Assembly (NCBI GenBank): GCA_019828565.1
Contig: JAHDYR010000051.1
Location: 1,185 to 11,290, forward strand
Reading direction: 5' to 3'
DNA: 10,106 nucleotides
Source: Carpediemonas membranifera BICM
Taxonomy: Eukaryota; Protista; Fornicata
Shown in pieces: positions 1-5,625 of this stretch (within the stretch, counting starts at the first letter, position 1; the number at the start of each line of letters is the position of its first letter). The notes beneath the pieces are model-generated. The model did no database searches, was not told the DNA's origin, and saw only the letters and a program-made list of their open reading frames with translations. The translations under genes were made by a program, and so were the position numbers.

Positions 1-1759
1 GAGTGACAAAAGCGGTTTTGGGGATATCTTCCTCGTGCATCCGCATCTGGTAGTAGCCTTGTCTGAGGTCTAGGCCTGCAAAGTATTTGCAGCCTGATGC
101 TCGGTCTACAAACTCGCGCGTGTTAGGCAGGGGGAAGTTATCCCTCACTGTCTTGGAGTTTAACTCCTTGTAGTCAATGCAAAGACGGATCTTGGTCGAT
201 CCTTTGTGGCCCTGCCTGACTACTACGATCGGCGAGCTGTACGGCCCAGTCGAGTCCTGGATTATCCCGTCTCGCCTGAGTTGTTCTAGCTCTGTCGACA
301 CCAGGCCTTGGGTCACTGGGTCGAGTCTGCGAGCGCGGCATTGTACAATTGCCCGCTCGTCTATCAGTTCAATCGACATGGGTTCCAGTCGAGACCCTTC
401 CTTGGGTAGTTCTTCCTCGAAGATATCGTCAAATGAGTTGATTATCTCGAGAATCTCGGGTCGGATCTTCGACTCCGGGACGTGGACACCACAGTAGTCG
501 TCGGTTATCGCCATGTTTGCGTCCTCCGTGAGATATTCATGGTAGAACGGCAGCCAGTCCTCGTCCTCCTCAATTGAGGAGAGCTTGTGCAGGTTAAGGT
601 TGAGTGTGCCATCGCCAATGAGTGCGAGTGACCTCAGCAAGTCACACCCGATGAGAGCCTTGAAGAACTCACCGGGGAGTACGTAGTACTTCCATGTAAC
701 CTCCAACGGTGTGACACCTAGTGCTGGGAATGCTGCCTTAAATGTGACTGCTTGATCTGTCACGAGGGAGCGTCCGTCTCCTAGCGTGACCTTGATCTTT
801 TCCTCGAGAGAGGTCTGCACTGTGTCCTTGGGTAGGGTACGTAGTGCCTTCGAACTAATGAAGCTTCGGCTTGCACCAGTGTCTACAACGAACGAGTAAG
901 TTTTGCCTTTTACAGTAGCGGGGGTCGTCAGTGGACCCTTCCCGCCCTTCTCGTTAGTCGACGCGCTGTCGGCGTTGTTGTTCTCGCTGTAGCGGGGGTG
1001 CTTATCGCATCTGAAGTCCATGTGGGGACCGCCACAGAAACGACAGGGGCGCGACGGCTTCTTGGGTCCGTCGGCCGGCGGGCGCTTGGCCGCGTCCGGG
1101 CGGTACTGGGCCTTCCTGGCCTGGGCCGGGGCCTTGGGTCCGCCGGCCGGGGTTTGCGAGAGGGGTTGATCATGGTCATACGCCCTAGCAGCCCTAAGAG
1201 CCACCGCTACGGTGTCCTCGAAGGTCTTGACGTTGTGGAGAGCAAGCAAGGTCTGTGCCTTCTTGCGGAATGCTGTCGGGTTCAGGGACTCCCGGAAGAG
1301 CCGTGCAGCCAGCTTATCAAAGCTTGCGAGCAGTTCGTCGGCATTGGGGTTGTCGTCGATGGGGTCCAAGAACCCTTCTGGGTCTGGCGTCTTGGAGTAG
1401 AGCTCGATGCGCTTGCGGAATGCTGCCGCTTGTAGTCTCGTGCCAGCTTCGAAGTTGCGTGCGGTGCTCGGCACCATGGGGAAACGAAGGTCTTGGAGCT
1501 CTTCGACGAGTGCTAGGATGGAGTGGGGAAGGAGCCGCTGGCGACACCATTCGGTGAAGTTCTTGAGAGTGTAGTTCTTGTCGGATGTGTCTATGCCTTC
1601 GGCCTTGAGTTCGAGGGCAAATGACTCCTCAATGAGGACGGACAGTGGGATGCTTGGGTTTTGTATAGTAAAAATCGTTGCTCGGCGCTCAAACTCCTCA
1701 AGAGTCTCTAGTGTTAGATTTGAAGGAGAAAGCTCAGGAATTTGAACAGTTAACGACAT
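1..1759 (-). CDS. Gag-Pol polyprotein, single ORF, 3'-truncated by the window edge (586 codons visible)
   Basis: Hand translation from the ATG at 1759 (MSLTVQIPELSPSNLTLETLEEFERRA...) has no stop to the edge. Motifs: zinc knuckle CRFCGGPHMDFRC (1045-1007), aspartic protease FVVDTGASRSFIS (catalytic D at 883-881) and LIGCDLL, RT motifs GIIQDSTGPYSSPIVVV, IRLCIDYKELNSKTVRDNFPLP and KYFAGLDLRQGYYQMRMHEEDIPKTAFVT. It is absent from the ORF track, presumably because it has no stop inside the window. Confidence 0.96.
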   Translation of the reverse strand, partial: MSLTVQIPELSPSNLTLETLEEFERRATIFTIQNPSIPLSVLIEESFALELKAEGIDTSDKNYTLKNFTEWCRQRLLPHSILALVEELQDLRFPMVPSTARNFEAGTRLQAAAFRKRIELYSKTPDPEGFLDPIDDNPNADELLASFDKLAARLFRESLNPTAFRKKAQTLLALHNVKTFEDTVAVALRAARAYDHDQPLSQTPAGGPKAPAQARKAQYRPDAAKRPPADGPKKPSRPCRFCGGPHMDFRCDKHPRYSENNNADSASTNEKGGKGPLTTPATVKGKTYSFVVDTGASRSFISSKALRTLPKDTVQTSLEEKIKVTLGDGRSLVTDQAVTFKAAFPALGVTPLEVTWKYYVLPGEFFKALIGCDLLRSLALIGDGTLNLNLHKLSSIEEDEDWLPFYHEYLTEDANMAITDDYCGVHVPESKIRPEILEIINSFDDIFEEELPKEGSRLEPMSIELIDERAIVQCRARRLDPVTQGLVSTELEQLRRDGIIQDSTGPYSSPIVVVRQGHKGSTKIRLCIDYKELNSKTVRDNFPLPNTREFVDRASGCKYFAGLDLRQGYYQMRMHEEDIPKTAFVT

Positions 1760-1903
1760 CAGCACAGCTAATACTAGTATTGTCGGTTGAAATCATTTAC
1801 AGTAAACCGCAGCGGGGTAAAAGTGGTCAAAACTGGACGGAGCAGTTTATAGACCGGTGACATGGCGTTTCCGTTCATTCTGTGAAGGGTGCACTGCTTT
1901 ATA

Positions 1904-1914
1904 TGGCGACACCA
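1904..1914 (-). promoter_or_regulatory. Putative primer-binding site (TGGTGTCGCCA), 2 nt inside the 5' LTR
   Basis: The minus strand reads ...GACACA-AT-TGGTGTCGCCA. TGG complementary to the tRNA CCA end, 1-3 nt after the LTR's CA, is the canonical arrangement. The primer tRNA (3' end ...UGGCGACACCA) is not identified. Confidence 0.7.
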
Positions 1915-1916
1915 AT

Positions 1917-2010
1917 TGTGTCGAGTCGAGACGGCCATTGACCGTATCGAGATCAGGGGATTATATGCAGAGGGTAATTATATGTATATATATTATATGT
2001 ATATATCACA
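1917..2010 (-). repeat. Putative 5' LTR, 94 bp
   Basis: The minus strand begins TGTGA and ends GACACA (4-bp terminal inverted repeat TGTG/CACA). It is bounded by the PBS on one side and resumed transposase sequence on the other, and has an AT-rich 5' part. The matching 3' LTR is outside the window, so this cannot be confirmed here. Confidence 0.7.
1977..2006 (+). repeat. Perfect 15-bp tandem duplication (ATTATATGTATATAT x2) inside the LTR
   Basis: 1977-1991 and 1992-2006 are identical. A partial third copy, ATTATATG, starts at 1960. Confidence 0.9.
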
Positions 2011-2557
2011 ATTCTACGCAACGGAGATTGCCCCGTACTATTCCACCGATCAAGTCTTCTTCCTCGACGAGACTAGCTTCGACCCCCGTCACCTGGCGGT
2101 CAAGCGAGTGCGCGGCCCAAAAGGCGTTAGGACATATGCTTGCCGCAAGGGTGGCCCGGTCGGCCAGCGTTACTCGGTGTGCGCGACTCTTGGCGTCGAA
2201 GGGATCAAGCACAGAGTCATAACGACAGGTACATTTACTGCTGACAAGTTTCTAGACAATACCATAGAGTTGCTGGGGATGATACCTGGGTGCGTCCTCG
2301 TGATGGACAATGCCTCCATACACGCACTCAAGGGCAAGCTTGACGCCCTAATGCAACTCTATGATGTCCGCATCGTCTTCCTCCCTAAGTATTCGCCATT
2401 CTTGAACCCAATCGAGGTTGTGTTCGCGTGGATCAAGGCGTTTGTTCACACGCACTTTAAGGACATGGGGCGTTTGCCGGCAATACTCGCCGCCTTTGAT
2501 GACGTTGCCAAGAAAAACATAAGAGGTCTCTACGAGAAGCATGGATATTCCCATTAA
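2011..2557 (+). pseudogene. IS630/Tc1-mariner superfamily transposase (DDE_3-like, DD35E), C-terminal catalytic half; N-terminus displaced by the gypsy insertion
   Basis: Motifs QVFFLDETSF (D 2066-2068), VLVMDNASIH (D 2306-2308) and IVFLPKYSPFLNPIEVVFAWIK (E 2414-2416), with 35 residues between the second D and E. There is no HTH region, and the upstream 41 codons of the listed ORF 1889-2557 are LTR/PBS sequence. Confidence 0.92.
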
Positions 2558-2563
2558 AGCTGT

Positions 2564-3013
2564 TTATTCTCTCAATTCTTGGCTGGATGTAACAGATAGA
2601 GCTGGCTGAGAAGGTTCGCTGCGCTCTGCTTCCTCCAAAGACGTAAGGAACGAGATAACGCGAGAGTACCACTCGGGCTTCACTGGGATGGAGATAAAGC
2701 CGTGCGACACTTCTCTCCGCGGTGCAGGCTGATAGTCAGAGGATGAGGGCGTCGAGTGCGGCTTCAGGAGACCGGCGGGAGGATTAGCGACAGTGGCATG
2801 TCCTCGCATGATCTCGAATGCCCATGCGGCAATCATCCTTCCAGGGAGAGCCCGTGCAATCTCCGAGTTCTCCACCAACGTCCTCATTCCCTGTGTTATC
2901 GCGGAGTTATCAACATTACCATCCTCAGCTGTAGATAAAACATCTTTGAATGGGCATCCAGCCCTGTTGTGGTTCTTGCAGCTGCACAGGCTACACGTTA
3001 CAGTTCTCACCAT
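2564..3013 (-). CDS. 149-aa protein with N-terminal CCHC zinc knuckle
   Basis: CSLCSCKNHNRAGC is C-X2-C-X4-H-X4-C. The ATG is preceded by an AT-rich intergenic stretch. Its stop lies 6 bp from the transposase stop (convergent). Confidence 0.75.
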   Translation of the reverse strand: MVRTVTCSLCSCKNHNRAGCPFKDVLSTAEDGNVDNSAITQGMRTLVENSEIARALPGRMIAAWAFEIMRGHATVANPPAGLLKPHSTPSSSDYQPAPRREVSHGFISIPVKPEWYSRVISFLTSLEEAERSEPSQPALSVTSSQELRE

Positions 3014-3103
3014 CTGTCGTCAATCAAAAAGTTCCAGGCCTAATCAAAATGATGTTCATTTTTAGAGTAAAAGAGCAATATATGATAACATAACATTGCA
3101 TGG

Positions 3104-4023
3104 TCAGTTTCGAGGAATGGCGCAAGATGCTACGATCTCGATCTCTGGCAATGACAGAGCTCCAACACAGGCAGACATCGACAGATTATTCCATCCTCGC
3201 TGCCGTGTTCGATCCCGGGCACATGAGTATTCTTTTCTGTAGCTCGCAAACCGGCTGCACTGGCCTGAAGCGTAGCTGAAGGGTAGCTTGCAGCCTTGAG
3301 TCATGCGCAGTTTGGAAGTGCTTACGGCGGGGTTGGACTTGGTTTGGGCCTTCCGCTGCTTACGCTTGCGGGGCCGCGGCTTGACCTGCAGTATCTTGAA
3401 CTGCTCCACCTTTCGGGCGAGGTAGCGAGGGTCATCGATGGCGAGACTCTTGAAGCGAGCAACCGGGTGCTCCTCTTCATCGGCCTCAAAGTAAGTCTCG
3501 CCATAATCGATGCGCAAGAACTCGCCGCGAACGATGTTGGCAGTGGCTCTGACCGAGATAACTGGCAGGCCATCCACCAAGACGTCCACAAACTCACAGT
3601 TGACATCGTCAGGGCTGTGGTTAATCATGTGGACACCCGCTGTGGCCGACATGGCATCGACGGCGACCTGACTGTCAGCGAATGACATGCTGTGTAATGG
3701 TAATGGAATAAAAGCGAAACAAACACCATCTGGCCGTCGTTGCTGGCCGTCTCGGCATCGGAAATCTGCTTGCCGAAGTATATGCCGAGACATGTGCCAG
3801 CTGAGATATCCTCAGTGGCAATCATGCCTCGGCCGACGCTCTGCGTCCGATTGAGGGCCGGATGGTCGGGTTCCTGGGTCAACCGGGGGTCGCAACGGGT
3901 CTCGGATGAGATCCAGGCCGGAGCAGGAATGGCCTGAAGGCTTATCTCATCCGAAATCAGCCGCCTGACGTCCTGCAGGTCTGAACCCGGGTAAACATGC
4001 GTCCACCTAGGGTGGACGTGCAT
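3104..4023 (-). CDS. SET-domain lysine methyltransferase-like protein (SET-A), join(4023..3725, 3689..3104), about 294 aa; true start may be further upstream
   Basis: SET-N (VGRGMIATEDISAGTCLGIYFG) is in ORF 3625-4023 and SET-C (GVHMINHSPDDVNC...VISVRATANIVRGEFLRIDYGETYF) is in ORF 3104-3793. Removing a 35-nt GT-AG intron joins them in frame. A basic NLS-like KPRPRKRKQRK follows the domain. Confidence 0.88.
3690..3724 (-). other. 35-nt spliceosomal intron in SET-A
   Basis: Minus-strand sequence GTTTGTTTCGCTTTTATTCCATTACCATTACACAG is AT-rich against GC-rich exons and bounded GT...CAG. Removal gives DGQMV-MSFADSQVAVDA and restores the frame. Confidence 0.85.
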
Positions 4024-4164
4024 GACGGACCCCTCGACGGAGTCCTCCTCGGGTTCAGACGAGCTGGATAAGGCGGAAGGCGACTCGGGAGGCGGAGGAG
4101 GAGGTGATCAGCTGCAGTTACAGTTGTTTCCGCAGAACGTTGATCCTGCGGAGAAGCAGATGAC

Positions 4165-5400
4165 TCAAAAGTTTCGTGGGCGGATTTTGAGTTTGGTTGA
4201 TGAAAGGATGACGTCGCCGATCACGAGACAGCGACCCTTCTCGGTGTTGAGGACCACTTTCCTCTTGATGTCCTCGACCTGTTTGGTCCACACATTGACT
4301 GACACTATGTCAGCTGCGGGATGCGTATCTTGTTTCGGGTGTTGGGGAGCGTTGGGGAGAGGATCGAACGGGTTGTCCATGCACAGCGTACGATAAATCC
4401 AGAAGCAGTCTTGCAGGTGGAGCTCATTGGCCAGTACCTGCTCTGGAGTGAGGATGATGCAGGTGTGCCTGTACGGTTTCGTCGAAATCGTCTTCATCAG
4501 CTCGGTTGTCTCGGCCGTGTCGTTATCTCTAGTACACGTGGCGAAGTAAATCATACGCACACGTGTTTGATCGACGACTGTAGGCTCCTTGAATGCGGCC
4601 GTGATCAACTCCACAAAGTTGTGGAGGAACAGGGCATCGTTTGTGGCCGCATCAATGACCAAGCGAGAAGTACTAGTCTCCGTATGGCCAGAAATGACCC
4701 AATACGTGTCGAAGTTGGCGTAAAGATCGGCCAGGGTCCTCAATTTGGAAACCAAATCTGCTGTCGAGGAGAACGACACGGCCTCGATTGTGAGGTACTG
4801 TACTCGAATTTGTGCGACCTCGGGCCATTCGTCACGGTCCCTCTGGGCCAAAGCCTGGATCGCATTGCGATCATGCTGAAACAGCCTGACGCGAGACATC
4901 AGCTGCTCAGCCGGTTCATCAGGATTGGCCGTGACAGGAGCGGCCGGGGTGCTGCCCGGGATGGCCAGGCGGTCCGCGATGTGGTTCTCCATCAGGGCGA
5001 TGGGACCGTCATCAGCGGACAACCGGTCACAAACCAACTGGGCCACAGTCTCGGCGGAGACTGTTGTGGCATGGGCGGAGACCACATGAGACAGCATCAC
5101 GAAGCGCAGATCGACCAAGTCGGCATCCGTGTTCATGAGCGAGAGGATGCGGGTGTGCTCGTCGCATGCGGGGGCGATGTCGACCGAAATCTCCTCATTC
5201 GGGTCAATCCCGTCAATGACGAGAAGACCCTCATGATCCAGATGGAAACCCATCCAGGAGCCACTGCGCACGTTGAAGTTGCGGTTCAAGCCGGGGTTGT
5301 CGACGCGCGGTGCCAAGAGGATGGGAGAAGCGTGATAATTATCCTCACCCTCGACAGTGGCGGAGAAAACGGCGGTGATGACAAACAATTGAGTAACCAT
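4165..5400 (-). CDS. 411-aa protein with probable caspase/CHAT-like (clan CD) peptidase domain
   Basis: Long ORF with an ATG next to an AT-rich divergent intergenic region. YWVISGH (H239, 4686-4684) and RMIYFATC (C289, 4536-4534) resemble the hydrophobic strand-GH and strand-xxC dyad motifs of CHAT/caspase-fold proteases, 50 aa apart. The ORF is solid; the fold call is moderate. Confidence 0.6.
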   Translation of the reverse strand: MVTQLFVITAVFSATVEGEDNYHASPILLAPRVDNPGLNRNFNVRSGSWMGFHLDHEGLLVIDGIDPNEEISVDIAPACDEHTRILSLMNTDADLVDLRFVMLSHVVSAHATTVSAETVAQLVCDRLSADDGPIALMENHIADRLAIPGSTPAAPVTANPDEPAEQLMSRVRLFQHDRNAIQALAQRDRDEWPEVAQIRVQYLTIEAVSFSSTADLVSKLRTLADLYANFDTYWVISGHTETSTSRLVIDAATNDALFLHNFVELITAAFKEPTVVDQTRVRMIYFATCTRDNDTAETTELMKTISTKPYRHTCIILTPEQVLANELHLQDCFWIYRTLCMDNPFDPLPNAPQHPKQDTHPAADIVSVNVWTKQVEDIKRKVVLNTEKGRCLVIGDVILSSTKLKIRPRNF

Positions 5401-5625
5401 GGGGTGCTATCAACTTATGCTTTGGGTTTTTTTTTCTGCGGAGGCCAGTGGGCCTTGCTGTTGCCTTCGGTGAGCAAGGCGGCTGCGAGGTTAGTAAGCA
5501 GTTGTTGCATTGCCAATTTATTGATTGTCTGCATTTTGAAAATGTATAGTGCACTAAACATAATCTAGTTTTCCTTATTTTTTTCTTGCACGGATCTTGG
5601 CCGATAAGCAAACAAGCAAGCAAGC
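5401..5625. promoter_or_regulatory. Divergent (likely bidirectional promoter) intergenic region
   Basis: 225-bp relatively AT-rich gap with T tracts between head-to-head ATGs at 5400(-) and 5626(+). AAGC repeats lie directly before the 5626 ATG. No specific element identified. Confidence 0.45.

Larger units (their letters stand above)
1..2010 (-). mobile_element. Ty3/gypsy LTR retrotransposon, 5' portion (LTR-PBS-gag-PR-RT); continues beyond the left edge
   Basis: Domain order is Gag knuckle, protease, then RT with no integrase in between (gypsy-like, not copia). RT motifs are gypsy type. A TG..CA-bounded segment followed by TGG lies upstream of the ORF, and transposase coding sequence resumes exactly at 2011. 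Confidence 0.93.

Noticed and set aside
177-1860. Short listed ORFs overlapping gag-pol (177-497, 928-1179, 998-1435, 1212-1400, 1255-1557, 1317-1550, 1678-1860)
   Set aside because: They are antisense or out-of-frame shadows of the motif-bearing Gag-Pol frame. Gag and Pol are already in one frame, so 928-1179 is not evidence of a frameshift.
1889-2010. N-terminal 41 codons of the listed 222-aa transposase ORF
   Set aside because: They run antisense through the PBS and LTR, including the AT repeat that gives YMYIYYMYI. This is a chance open frame with a GTG start, not the real N-terminus.
4108-4167. Genome-wide TGA=Trp recoding as the explanation for the two in-frame TGAs
   Set aside because: The Trp codons in the long ORFs are TGG and none of those ORFs needs an internal TGA, so there is no support for a variant code. 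Local readthrough remains untested.
4321-5568. 415-aa plus-strand ORF
   Set aside because: It is an antisense mirror of the 411-aa minus-strand gene, expected from biased codon usage, and has no recognisable motifs.
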